Source: Candidatus Omnitrophota bacterium
Lineage (GTDB): Bacteria > Omnitrophota > Gorgyraeia > VGKH01 > JBHPFN01
Assembly: GCA_042571725.1 (NCBI GenBank)
Contig: JBHPFN010000002.1
Location: forward strand, 14,030 to 78,029
Direction of reading: 5' to 3'
Length of the DNA: 64,000 bases
Of the stretch, positions 33,577-42,785 are shown piece after piece. Within the stretch, counting starts at the first letter, position 1. Each line of letters opens with the position of its first letter. A program made the position numbers and the translations under genes. Under the pieces are notes generated by a model. The model had not been told where the DNA came from. It saw only the letters and a program-made list of their open reading frames with translations, and ran no database searches.

Positions 33577-34878
33577 ATGCTGAAAATAAATATAATCGTG
33601 CTATTTATCGGCGTAATGCTGGGTTTAAATATTGCCCGGTTGTTCGTTAGGCGGATGTCTTTTTCCAAAGAGGACGTTGATGAAAAAACGCCATTTGTTC
33701 CTCCACCGCATATTGTACAGTCTTCCTCTGCGCAGACAGAATCGGAAGCGGAGCCTAAGGTTGAAGATCCTACCGTTCTTGAGAAGAAGATATTATATGA
33801 AGAAGAGTTGATGCGGCTCTTAAAGATCGAGCAGGAGATTTCTTCAAAACTCCAAATAGGAGAGATTGCGCGCATTATCGTAGAGAACGCAATAAAGATT
33901 TTTAATGCTGAGAAATGCGCCTTGCTTTTGTACGATACAGAAACAAAGGAGCTGCGATTAGCCTACAGCATTGGTATCTCCGAGAGAGATATGCAAAAGA
34001 CACACGTGCGCCTCGGCGAAGGTATTTCAGGCCGGACGGCGGAAAACAACGAAATGCTGATTCTAAATAATCTAGAAAAAGAAGCAGGCCTTAGCAATGA
34101 TGACTGCGAGTATTATTATAGCGGGCCATTGGTCAGCGCTCCCTTGTCCATAAAAGGTATCGTAGCAGGCGTTATTAATATCGACCGCAAAAAGACAGGA
34201 GCGCCGTTTGACAATGACGATGTACGGTTTTTGCGGGGGCTTGCGATTCAAGCTGCCATCGCCATACAAAATGCAAGGCTCTACGAAGAGGTGCAAGAAG
34301 GCTACTTACGCACCATCACCGCACTCGCGCAAGCCCTGGATGCGAAGGATCCCTACACCCACATGCATTCTGAGAACGTCACCAGGTATTCGGTTGCTAT
34401 CGCAGAAGAGATGAGCCTGCCGCTATCAGAGATAGAAAAGATAAGAAGAGGTGGTTTGCTACACGATATCGGTAAGATAGGCATCAAGGATGATATACTC
34501 ACCAAACCCGGTAAGTTGACCGATGAGGAGTTTGAGCAGATCAAAACCCATCCCGCTAAAGGAGAGGGAATCTTGCGTTCGCTGCCGTTTTTGCAAGATG
34601 TTGCGGAGATCGTGCGGCACCACCATGAACGCTACGGCGGCGGAGGGTATCCTGATAAGCTCAAAGGGTACCAGATAGAACAGGGAGCAAAGATTATGGC
34701 TGTTGCAGATGCCTTTGATGCAATGACCTCCGATAGGCCGTACCGCAAGGCCTTAAGCCTGGAAAAAGCTACCGACGAGCTTAAGCGTAACAGCGGGTCG
34801 CAGTTCGATCCGGGAGTGGTAGATGCATTTCTCAAAGTCCTCGAGCGCAACCCCAAGATTCTCGAAACCCCTGCATAG
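33577..34878 (+). CDS. Membrane-anchored GAF + HD-GYP domain protein (putative c-di-GMP phosphodiesterase)
   Basis: N-terminal TM, then a GAF-like region (CALLLYD...LRLAYSIG). HD-GYP landmarks: H...V..Y...IA, LLHDIGKIGI, HHERYGGGGYP, AD.FDAMTSDRPYR. Confidence 0.85.
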   Translation: MLKINIIVLFIGVMLGLNIARLFVRRMSFSKEDVDEKTPFVPPPHIVQSSSAQTESEAEPKVEDPTVLEKKILYEEELMRLLKIEQEISSKLQIGEIARIIVENAIKIFNAEKCALLLYDTETKELRLAYSIGISERDMQKTHVRLGEGISGRTAENNEMLILNNLEKEAGLSNDDCEYYYSGPLVSAPLSIKGIVAGVINIDRKKTGAPFDNDDVRFLRGLAIQAAIAIQNARLYEEVQEGYLRTITALAQALDAKDPYTHMHSENVTRYSVAIAEEMSLPLSEIEKIRRGGLLHDIGKIGIKDDILTKPGKLTDEEFEQIKTHPAKGEGILRSLPFLQDVAEIVRHHHERYGGGGYPDKLKGYQIEQGAKIMAVADAFDAMTSDRPYRKALSLEKATDELKRNSGSQFDPGVVDAFLKVLERNPKILETPA

Positions 34879-34887
34879 ATTTCTAAC

Positions 34888-35310
34888 ATGGCACATGTTA
34901 TAAGTAAGTCAATTCAATTATCAACCCGCGGAAATACCGATATTATCGATATCACTCCCGAGGTAGAGCAGAGGCTTAAGGAAACGAAACTAAAGAGCGG
35001 CATGGTAACAATTTCGGTTGCAGGTTCCACCGCATCGGTTACCACCTGCGAGTACGAACCGGGCGTTGTGGCTGATTTAAAACGTATGTACGAAGAGCTT
35101 ATTCCCGGTAATAGAAAGTACGCCCATGATGATGCCTGGGGTGATGGCAATGCCCATTCGCACATGAGGGCATCACTTACCGGGCCGAGTGCGACCATTT
35201 CGTTTCTCGAGGGAAAATTAAGCGTAGGCACGTGGCAACAGATTATTCTTATCGACTTTGATAATAAGCCCCGCCGCAGAAAAGTGCTTTTGCAATTTAT
35301 TGGTGAATAA
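34888..35310 (+). CDS. YjbQ/UPF0047 family protein (secondary thiamine-phosphate synthase-like)
   Basis: DIT.EV........G.V.....GSTAS.TT.EYEPG...DL.......P......H......GNAHSH.RASL.G.S....F..GKL..GTWQQI..IDFD. Confidence 0.8.
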   Translation: MAHVISKSIQLSTRGNTDIIDITPEVEQRLKETKLKSGMVTISVAGSTASVTTCEYEPGVVADLKRMYEELIPGNRKYAHDDAWGDGNAHSHMRASLTGPSATISFLEGKLSVGTWQQIILIDFDNKPRRRKVLLQFIGE

Positions 35311-35312
35311 TA

Positions 35313-35816
35313 ATGGATGCTTCAGGCTTACAGCAGTTTGTCCCGACAGAGGTGTGCTTTCAGTGTGATATCTGCTGCCGGTTTACCGACTACCAGAGCG
35401 AATGGAATCCCTCTGTAGCAGAACAGGAACTTTATTGTTTTATCAAAGCCGGTTACCCTCCCGCTCTCTTTGACAAGGACAATAAGATAAAAACTATTCC
35501 CCGAGAGGACATTCATATATGCCCGCTCTTTGATTATAACAAAAAGCTCTGTACGGCCTACGCTATCAGACCCTTTGATTGCGCGCTCTACCCCTTTGTG
35601 TTGACCAGGGATAATAAGAAGATTTGTTTAGCCGTGGATACGCAGTGCCCGTTTGTGCAACAAAAACGTAACACAGAAGATTTTACCCGCTTTGTTGCGT
35701 ATCTAACCAAGGAATTATCGTCAGAAAAGTGGCAGGGCATTATTCGCAATAATCCCCAGCTTATAGGAACGTATAAGGAGCATATCAATATGCTGCAGGA
35801 GCTTTACCAGGAGTAA
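35313..35816 (+). CDS. YkgJ-type CxxCxxCC cysteine-cluster protein
   Basis: The CFQCDICC motif near the N-terminus plus later conserved Cys residues (C..YAIRPFDCALYP). Confidence 0.7.
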   Translation: MDASGLQQFVPTEVCFQCDICCRFTDYQSEWNPSVAEQELYCFIKAGYPPALFDKDNKIKTIPREDIHICPLFDYNKKLCTAYAIRPFDCALYPFVLTRDNKKICLAVDTQCPFVQQKRNTEDFTRFVAYLTKELSSEKWQGIIRNNPQLIGTYKEHINMLQELYQE

Positions 35817-35823
35817 GCACAAC

Positions 35824-36714
35824 GTGAAACCGATAGAATTACCCGACAAATCCCTCTTCGACACCTTTTTAAAACAAGAGCGGCATAGTTTATCTGCATA
35901 TTCTTTTGTCAGCATATATCTTTGGAAGGATGTGTTTGATATTTTTTGGGAGATAATCGACGGACGGCTCTGTGTTTTTGCGCAGGATTCGGTGGGTTGT
36001 TTTATGTGGCTTCCGCCGCTGGGAGAGAGTCCGGATGTCGAGGTTATTGAGAGATGTTTTCATAGTATGAATACGCGTACGCGCAACGGTAGCGTTGCGC
36101 GCATTGAAAACATCGAAGAAGAACAGCGAGAGCATTATGCAGCGATAGGCTTACCGTGTTCTTTAAAGGATAAGGAGTATGTGTATCAAACGGAAAGACT
36201 CATCGGGCTAAAAGGCAACACCTACAAGAAGAAACGGTCCGCATATAATTATTTTACCAAACACTACGACTGTACGCTTCGGCCGTTTGCCGACAGTCAC
36301 AGAGAAGAGTGTCTTGCGCTCTATGACCGTTGGGTGAACAGCCGTAAACAGGCGTACAGCGATCCTGTCTATATTCAGATGCTGCAGGATAACTATCGTA
36401 CAACACAGAGAGCGCTTGAGGACTACCGGGAGCTTGAGCTAGAAGGAAAAGTGGCGGTTATCGACGATGAAGTCAAAGGGTATAGCTTTGGTTTTTCATT
36501 ACATGAAGACACCTTTTGTATTATATTCGAGGTCGCGGATGTAATGGTGAAAGGGCTTTCGCAATATTTATTCAGGGAGTTTGTAAAAGAGAAACAGACG
36601 TTTAGCTATATTAATGCGATGGACGCATCATACCTAGAGAACTTGCAAAAGGTAAAAGAATCGTACCGGCCTTTCCGGTTAGAGCCATCATATATCGCAA
36701 CGAAAGCGAGCTAG
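35824..36714 (+). CDS. DUF2156-like (MprF C-terminal domain-like) protein
   Basis: GTG start. LSAYSFVSIYLWKDVF, ...Y.YQTERLIGLKGNTYKKKRSAYNYF and INAMDASYLENLQKVKESYRP resemble the DUF2156 pattern from memory. Confidence 0.6.
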   Translation: MKPIELPDKSLFDTFLKQERHSLSAYSFVSIYLWKDVFDIFWEIIDGRLCVFAQDSVGCFMWLPPLGESPDVEVIERCFHSMNTRTRNGSVARIENIEEEQREHYAAIGLPCSLKDKEYVYQTERLIGLKGNTYKKKRSAYNYFTKHYDCTLRPFADSHREECLALYDRWVNSRKQAYSDPVYIQMLQDNYRTTQRALEDYRELELEGKVAVIDDEVKGYSFGFSLHEDTFCIIFEVADVMVKGLSQYLFREFVKEKQTFSYINAMDASYLENLQKVKESYRPFRLEPSYIATKAS

Positions 36715-37535
36715 TGGATACACCTTTACGTAATACAGAATTTGTAATTGTTGACGTTGAGACCACCGGCCTATCGCCTCAGATGGGAGATAGGATCTGT
36801 GAGATTGCGGCAATGCGCGTCAAGGGAAAGAAGATAGTAAGCACTTTTCAATCGCTGGTGAATCCTCAGCGCTCCATCTCGTATGGCGCCTACGAGGTAA
36901 ACCATATTAGCGATGACATGGTAAAGGACGCGCCTGAGTTTAATGAAATACTCCCTCGGTTTATGGAGTTTATTCAGGATACCTGTTTAGTCGGGTACAA
37001 TGTGAATTTTGATTTAGGGTTTATTAGAAACGAACTTTCCATGTTGGGCAGCGATATTCCTTTGACGATTGGGCTCATCGATGTATTGCGCATGGCCAGG
37101 AGGCTTTTGCCGGATGCGGGCAGGTATCCTTTGTGGCACGTAGCGCAAGTGCTTAAGATAAGTATGCCTCAGAAGCATAGAGCGTTTGGCGATGTTGAAT
37201 TGACCAAAGAGGTGTTCGATAAACTGTTGGATATATTGTTGTCAAAGGGCGTTGATACCTTCTCAACATTGCACAACTTGTTTGGCGTCAATCACAGCTT
37301 AAACGTAGATCTCAACAATCGTAAACTTGCGACGATTCAGGAGGCAATCGACTTAGAGGTAACATTAGCGGTTAAGTATTTCTCCTCGGGCAGAGCACAA
37401 ATGACTGAGCGGCAGGTAACGCCTAAAGAGATAAAGAGAGAGCGAGATAGTTATTTCTTAAAAGGGTTTTGTCATTTAAGAAACGAAGAGAGGAGTTTTA
37501 AGGTTGATAGAATCATTGATGTGGAAATCGTATGA
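36714..37535 (+). CDS. DEDDh 3'-5' exonuclease (DnaQ/epsilon-like) with a C-terminal WYL-like domain
   Basis: FVIVDVETTGL, VGYNV.FDL.FI and HRAFGDVE (ExoI-III motifs). The C-terminal ...YFLKGFCHLRNEERSFKVDRI is WYL-like. Confidence 0.8.
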   Translation: MDTPLRNTEFVIVDVETTGLSPQMGDRICEIAAMRVKGKKIVSTFQSLVNPQRSISYGAYEVNHISDDMVKDAPEFNEILPRFMEFIQDTCLVGYNVNFDLGFIRNELSMLGSDIPLTIGLIDVLRMARRLLPDAGRYPLWHVAQVLKISMPQKHRAFGDVELTKEVFDKLLDILLSKGVDTFSTLHNLFGVNHSLNVDLNNRKLATIQEAIDLEVTLAVKYFSSGRAQMTERQVTPKEIKRERDSYFLKGFCHLRNEERSFKVDRIIDVEIV

Positions 37536-38955
37536 TTACAACCAAGACGGCGTAGACCTTTTTAACGCGCTTAAGGAGAAGCCGTATAGCTTCTTTTTAG
37601 ATAGTAGCAAGGATATTTACGGTTTGGGGCGTTTTTCTTTTATCGGATTTGATCCGTTTATGGTGGTGCGTAACAAAGGGCAGAAGCCTTTTGGCACCTT
37701 AAAGGAATTGTTGCAGCGATTTGCTATCAGTGATTCCAAAAAGCTCTCGCCGCTACCGGCGGGGGCAGTGGGATTTTTAGGATACGATTTAGGCCTTATG
37801 ATGGAGCATATTCCTCTTTCTGCGCAGGATGATCTTATGTTGCCGGATTACGCATTCGGCTTTTACGATTGCATTATTACTATTGATCACTGGAAGAAAA
37901 AGCTGCATATTTTTTCCTCAGGGCTCCCGGAGAAAAACAGCCTTTTAGCAAAAAAACGGGCACAGCAGCGGTTAAAGGAAGTTGTCGATTCTGTTGCCCA
38001 TGCTGAAGTCTCTAGCGATAGAGTACCATTTTCCTCAACCGCTGAAGAGAAATGGGATCTAGCCGCGCAAGCTGATAGCATCGGCATGAAATGCAATATG
38101 ACAAAATCCGCCTACCTTAAGGCGGTTAAGAGAGCACTTTCCTATATTGCAGTCGGTGATATCTATCAGGTTAATCTTTCGCAGAGATTTTCCATGGAGC
38201 TACCTGAGGTTGAGCCGGCTAATCGCGCTATGGATTTTGAGATATTTACTTTACTTCGCAGAAGTTCTCCGTCGAGCTTCGGGGCATATTTCAATTGTGG
38301 AGATTTTAGCATAGCTTGCTCTTCGCCCGAGAGATTTTTGCATGTATCAGATCGCACTGTTATAACGCGTCCCATGAAAGGCACGCGGCCCCGCAGAGAA
38401 ACTATTGGTGAGGATAAAAAGCAAAAGGAAGAATTGCTGCGCAGCCGCAAAGATAGGGCAGAGCTGCTTATGATTGTAGATTTATTAAGAAATGATCTGG
38501 GCAGGGTATGTGAATACGGCTCGGTAAAAGTAAAGGACATGCGTACACTAGAGCGGTATAATACTGTCTTTCAGACTACCGCAACTATCCAAGGGATCTT
38601 GCATAAACAAAAAGATAGGGTTGATTTGGTCAAGGCGTGCTTTCCGGGAGGTTCTATTACAGGCTGTCCTAAGATTCGCTCAATGCAGATTATTGAGGAG
38701 CTGGAGCCTACGAGGCGTGCTCTGTATACTGGATCCTTAGGGTATTTTAGTTTTACCGGAGACATGGATTTAAATATCTTAATCCGCACGTTGCTTATGA
38801 AAGGCAACAAGGCGTATTTTCAAGTCGGCGGCGGTATTGTTGCCGATTCAAAACCGGAAGATGAATATCAAGAGACATTGGTAAAGGCTAAGGCCTTATT
38901 TTCAAGTTTACAAACACATTGTTCTGGCCGGATAGCGGTGAAGGCAAGCGTATGA
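37504..38955 (+). CDS. pabB: Aminodeoxychorismate synthase component I (chorismate-binding enzyme family)
   Basis: GD.YQVNLSQRF, SSPERFL, RPMKGTRPR, KDRAEL.MIVDL.RNDLGRV, FPGGSITG.PK.R.M.IIEELE...R..YTGS.GY. The start is either TTG at 37504 or ATG at 37519. Assignment to PabB rather than TrpE rests on the adjacent pabC-like gene. Confidence 0.8.
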   Translation: MIESLMWKSYDYNQDGVDLFNALKEKPYSFFLDSSKDIYGLGRFSFIGFDPFMVVRNKGQKPFGTLKELLQRFAISDSKKLSPLPAGAVGFLGYDLGLMMEHIPLSAQDDLMLPDYAFGFYDCIITIDHWKKKLHIFSSGLPEKNSLLAKKRAQQRLKEVVDSVAHAEVSSDRVPFSSTAEEKWDLAAQADSIGMKCNMTKSAYLKAVKRALSYIAVGDIYQVNLSQRFSMELPEVEPANRAMDFEIFTLLRRSSPSSFGAYFNCGDFSIACSSPERFLHVSDRTVITRPMKGTRPRRETIGEDKKQKEELLRSRKDRAELLMIVDLLRNDLGRVCEYGSVKVKDMRTLERYNTVFQTTATIQGILHKQKDRVDLVKACFPGGSITGCPKIRSMQIIEELEPTRRALYTGSLGYFSFTGDMDLNILIRTLLMKGNKAYFQVGGGIVADSKPEDEYQETLVKAKALFSSLQTHCSGRIAVKASV

Positions 38956-39770
38956 AAAAGGCAATCGTATTCTATGATGGGAAGTTTGTTGCGGCAGGAG
39001 AGAAGGGGATTATCAATCCTTTTGACCCCGGATTTCTATACGGATACGGCGTGTTTGAGACGATGCGTTCATACAACGAAAAGATCTTCCGTTTTTACGA
39101 TCACTACCATCGCCTTAGGCAAGCGACTTCTCGCTTAGGGATTGAGCTTAGAGATTCGGCAGGTTATCTGCAACGCATGGCAGAGAGCACAATCAAGAAA
39201 AATAGACTTTTAAATGCCTACATCCGACTTAATTGTTGGCAAGGAGCAAAGCGATCGCACACTCTGATTTTTGTAAAAAAACTACCAAGGTATTCTTGCA
39301 AAGGATTTAAGGCAATTGTTTCAGAATATCGACACAATGAATACTCTGCACTTGCAGGGATTAAATCTTTGAACTATTCGAACTTTTATCTCGCGCGGCG
39401 CAATGCAGAAGCTAAGGGTTTTGACGAAGCAATTCTTTTAAATACAAAAGGAAATATAGTTGAGGGAACGCGGAGCAACATATTTTTTGTATTCAACAAA
39501 AAGCTTTTTACTCCTTCGTTGTCTTGTGGATGTTTATCCGGCGTGACCAGAAAGGTTGTTTTGGAATTAGCGCGCAAGGAAAGAATAGCGGTAAAAGAAA
39601 CGAACATTCTGCCGCGCGCGTTACACAATGCCGATGAGGTATTGGTAACCAATTCTCTGCTTGAGATCATGCCGGTCACGCGCATCGGCAAAAAGAAAAT
39701 TAACAAAGGTGTTCCCGGGGAAATTACCCGTTTACTTTCGCAAAGATACCGAACCTTAACAAAATTATGA
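38952..39770 (+). CDS. pabC: Class IV aminotransferase family, aminodeoxychorismate lyase-like
   Basis: ATGA overlap with pabB at 38952-38955. FLYG.GVFET.R, E.ILLN..G.I.EGT.SNIF and GVTR fold-type IV motifs. Confidence 0.75.
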   Translation: MKKAIVFYDGKFVAAGEKGIINPFDPGFLYGYGVFETMRSYNEKIFRFYDHYHRLRQATSRLGIELRDSAGYLQRMAESTIKKNRLLNAYIRLNCWQGAKRSHTLIFVKKLPRYSCKGFKAIVSEYRHNEYSALAGIKSLNYSNFYLARRNAEAKGFDEAILLNTKGNIVEGTRSNIFFVFNKKLFTPSLSCGCLSGVTRKVVLELARKERIAVKETNILPRALHNADEVLVTNSLLEIMPVTRIGKKKINKGVPGEITRLLSQRYRTLTKL

Positions 39771-40924
39771 GTAAAGCAATAACAGCGCTCCCATCCTTCA
39801 AAATATTTAAACATCCCATGCTTGCCTGTGGATCGGACGTAAAGAATACATTTTGTTTAGGCAAAAAAGATTCGCTCTTTGTAAGCAGCGACAACGGGGA
39901 TTTAGAAAACGTGGATAATTTTTTGCGATATGAAAAAAATATTAATTCTGCTAAAAAGCGTTTTCATCTGCAGCCACGCGTTATTGCATATGATATGCAT
40001 CCGGAATACCATTCTGCAAAGTTCGCCGTTGAGACATTACGCAGCAATGCGCATCTTATCGGCATTTCGGTGCAGCACCACGAGGCCCACATTGCCTCGT
40101 GTATGTTTAGCAATAATCTTACTTCACAGGTAATCGGCATAAGTTTTGACGGAACAGGTTTTGGCTCAGATGGAAAGATGTGGGGAGGGGAGTTTTTCGT
40201 AGGGAACTATAAAAAGTTTTCCCGCATAGCGCACCTGCGATATATTCCTATACCCGGCGGTGCACAGGCAATTTTTGAACCTTGGAGGATAGCGTTTTCG
40301 CAGGTGTATGATATCTACAAAGGAAAGATGTGGGATATAAAAATCGATTTTATAAAAAAATTAAATAAGAGAAAATGTCGGGTGTTACAGCAGATGATTC
40401 AAAAAAATATCAACTGCCCGCTTACCTCTAGCATGGGAAGACTATTTGATGCGGTATCTGCGCTTATCGGTATACGAGGCACCGTTGTTTACGAAGCACA
40501 GGCAGCTATAGAATTGGAAAAAGAGGCAACAAAGTCACAGGCAGCTACCGTTAAGCCGTATCGTTATGCACTCGCGCATGAGGACTGTCTTATTATCGAT
40601 GTGCGCCCTATGTTTAGAGAAATCATCGCTGATATAAAAGCAAAGGTGCCACGGGGAAAAATAGCGTTTCGGTTCCACTATACCGTTGCGCGGATGATAT
40701 GTGATGTAAGCGCCATCGCGCGAAAAAAATTTGGGGTTAAAAAGGTAGTGCTTAGCGGCGGGGTGTTTCAAAATAAGCTGTTACTTTCACTGGCTACTGG
40801 TATGCTGAAAAAAGAAAAATTTCGAATCTTTACGCATACAACTACGCCTACAAACGATTCAGGCATAAGCATTGGGCAGCTGATGATTGCTCAGGCGCGC
40901 ATGCCAAGAATAAGGAAGCGATAA
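39767..40924 (+). CDS. HypF-like protein consisting only of the C-terminal Kae1-like domain
   Basis: ATGA overlap with pabC. LACG...KNTFCL, AYDMHPEYHS, VQHHEAHIASCM, GISFDGTGFGSDGKMWGGEFF, PIPGG..A..EPWR, TSSMGRLFDAVSALIG, YEAQAAIELE, LSGGVFQN.LL, NDSGIS.GQ. No acylphosphatase, Zn-finger or YrdC-like region is present in the ORF. Confidence 0.75.
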   Translation: MSKAITALPSFKIFKHPMLACGSDVKNTFCLGKKDSLFVSSDNGDLENVDNFLRYEKNINSAKKRFHLQPRVIAYDMHPEYHSAKFAVETLRSNAHLIGISVQHHEAHIASCMFSNNLTSQVIGISFDGTGFGSDGKMWGGEFFVGNYKKFSRIAHLRYIPIPGGAQAIFEPWRIAFSQVYDIYKGKMWDIKIDFIKKLNKRKCRVLQQMIQKNINCPLTSSMGRLFDAVSALIGIRGTVVYEAQAAIELEKEATKSQAATVKPYRYALAHEDCLIIDVRPMFREIIADIKAKVPRGKIAFRFHYTVARMICDVSAIARKKFGVKKVVLSGGVFQNKLLLSLATGMLKKEKFRIFTHTTTPTNDSGISIGQLMIAQARMPRIRKR

Positions 40925-40925
40925 A

Positions 40926-41126
40926 ATGTGTTTAGCTATACCAATGAAGATTGTTGATATCCAGGGAGAATTTGCCGTGGTTTCCGTCGGGAAAGTTCGG
41001 CGTAAGGTTAATGTTCAACTTCTCCCCCACATCAAGCGCGGAGAGTATATTATGGTGCACGCCGGCTTTGGCATTCAAAAACTTGATGAAAAAGAAGCGA
41101 AGAAGACGCTTAAAATATTCAAATGA
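40926..41126 (+). CDS. hypC: Hydrogenase maturation chaperone HypC/HupF family
   Basis: N-terminal MCLAIP motif, 66 aa, ...GEYIMVHAGFGIQKLDEKEA. Confidence 0.9.
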   Translation: MCLAIPMKIVDIQGEFAVVSVGKVRRKVNVQLLPHIKRGEYIMVHAGFGIQKLDEKEAKKTLKIFK

Positions 41127-42232
41127 AATACATTGATGAGTTCAGAAATAAAAAGGCTGTAAAGAAAATCGCCCAGCTTCTGCATAGGATAGCCCCCCGC
41201 GATAGGGAGATTAATCTCATGGAGGTCTGTGGGACTCACACCAACAGTTTTTTCCGTTATGGGCTCAATAACCTTATTCCTGAAAACGTTAATCTGCTCT
41301 CCGGCCCCGGTTGTCCGGTGTGCGTTTCGCATCAGGACTATATTGATAAAGCGATTCAGTATGCAAAACAGGACGATGTGATTATTGCTACATTTGGTGA
41401 TATGCTGCGCGTGCCGGGTGCCAGCTCCTCATTGGAACAACAGCGTGCCGAAGGCGCTGATATTAGAATTGTCTATTCTCCGATGGATGCGATCGATATT
41501 GCGCTCAAACATTCTGACAAAAAGATAATTTTTTTGGGCGTTGGGTTTGAAACTACCATTCCTACTGTAGCCTTAACCATTACACAGGCAAAGAAGTTGA
41601 AGGTAAAAAACTTCTTTGTTTTCTGTTCTCACAAGTTGATTCCACCTGCAATGAAGGCGTTACTGAACGATAGAAGGTTAAACCTGCAAGGGTTTATTTG
41701 CCCCGGGCATGTAAGTACTATTATCGGTAGCAAACCATATCAATTCGTTGCAAAGCAGTTTTCTACACCTTGTGTGATCGCAGGATTCGAGCCGCTGGAT
41801 ATGCTCGAGGGCATTGTTATGTTGCTAAAGCAGATTGCTCAGAAGAGAGCAGGGGTAGAGATTCAATATAGTAGGGTGGTGCGCGCCCAAGGTAATGTGG
41901 AGGCACAGAAGATAATTAACCAAGTGTTTGAGATTATTGATGATTCGTGGCGCGGTTTAGGTGTGATTCCTAAGAGCGGCCTGCGTATGAGAAAACGATT
42001 CGCGGATTTTGACGCAGAAAAGACTATGCCAATAAAGTTGCCAGTTTCGAAAAAAATGCGTACGTACAAGAAGTGTTTGTGCGGCGAGGTTCTTAAGGGC
42101 ATTATTAAGCCTCCGCAGTGTCCAAGCTTTGGTAAGGCGTGCACGCCAGCCTCTGCGTTAGGGCCGTGCATGGTTTCATTCGAAGGCGCGTGTTCGGTCT
42201 ATTATAAATTTGGCAGCAGGCGCTCATTTTAA
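41123..42232 (+). CDS. hypD: Hydrogenase maturation factor HypD
   Basis: ATGA overlap with hypC. EVCGTHT, GPGCPVCV, FGDMLRVPG, GFETT and CPGHVS motifs. Confidence 0.9.
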   Translation: MKYIDEFRNKKAVKKIAQLLHRIAPRDREINLMEVCGTHTNSFFRYGLNNLIPENVNLLSGPGCPVCVSHQDYIDKAIQYAKQDDVIIATFGDMLRVPGASSSLEQQRAEGADIRIVYSPMDAIDIALKHSDKKIIFLGVGFETTIPTVALTITQAKKLKVKNFFVFCSHKLIPPAMKALLNDRRLNLQGFICPGHVSTIIGSKPYQFVAKQFSTPCVIAGFEPLDMLEGIVMLLKQIAQKRAGVEIQYSRVVRAQGNVEAQKIINQVFEIIDDSWRGLGVIPKSGLRMRKRFADFDAEKTMPIKLPVSKKMRTYKKCLCGEVLKGIIKPPQCPSFGKACTPASALGPCMVSFEGACSVYYKFGSRRSF

Positions 42233-42286
42233 TTGATTTATCGAGGATGAAGTGATAGAATGACCTAAATAAAGAAGGAGGATGCT

Positions 42287-42772
42287 ATGGATGAAATACT
42301 AGAGATTTTGGAAAACGATGCCCGTATTACCCCTGCGCAGATTGCCAAGATGACCGGTAAATCAGTAGCAACCGTAAAGAATGCAATAAAGCAGTTCGAG
42401 AAAAAAGGCGTGATTCTAAAATACAAGACAGTGCTTAACAAAGAGCTTCTGCAGGAAAATCATCCTACGGTACGCGCGCTCATCGAGGTCCAGGTTATGC
42501 CTCAGAAGAACGTGGGTTTTGACTATCTGGCTGAAAGAATTTATCAATTTCCTGAGGTAAAAAGCTGCTATTTGGTTTCCGGTACGTATGACCTGCTTTT
42601 AATCGTTGAGGGAAAGGATATCCGTACCGTGGCGGATTTTGTCTCTGCAAAGCTTGCTCCTATGGAGAACGTCCGTGGAACCACAACCCACTTTTTGTTA
42701 CAGAAATATAAGGAAGATGGTCAGATATTAAAGAAGAAGGAACGAGGAAAAAGATTAGCAATATCGTATTAA
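42287..42772 (+). CDS. Lrp/AsnC family transcriptional regulator
   Basis: N-terminal HTH (ILEILENDARITPAQIAKMTGKSVATVKNAIKQFEKKGVI) and a C-terminal RAM-like domain. Confidence 0.85.
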   Translation: MDEILEILENDARITPAQIAKMTGKSVATVKNAIKQFEKKGVILKYKTVLNKELLQENHPTVRALIEVQVMPQKNVGFDYLAERIYQFPEVKSCYLVSGTYDLLLIVEGKDIRTVADFVSAKLAPMENVRGTTTHFLLQKYKEDGQILKKKERGKRLAISY

Positions 42773-42785
42773 TAGGTTTACAAAG

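Noticed and set aside
33399-33875. 158-aa minus-strand ORF spanning the CsaA-like / HD-GYP junction
   Set aside because: It is antisense to two well-supported plus-strand genes and has a Ser/Ile-rich low-complexity translation.
39767-40924. The short HypF-like ORF as a pseudogene fragment
   Set aside because: The ORF is intact, keeps the conserved Kae1-like motifs and is precisely coupled (ATGA) to the upstream gene. No remnants of the missing N-terminal domains are visible in any frame upstream. It is treated as a genuine short variant pending a genome-wide check.
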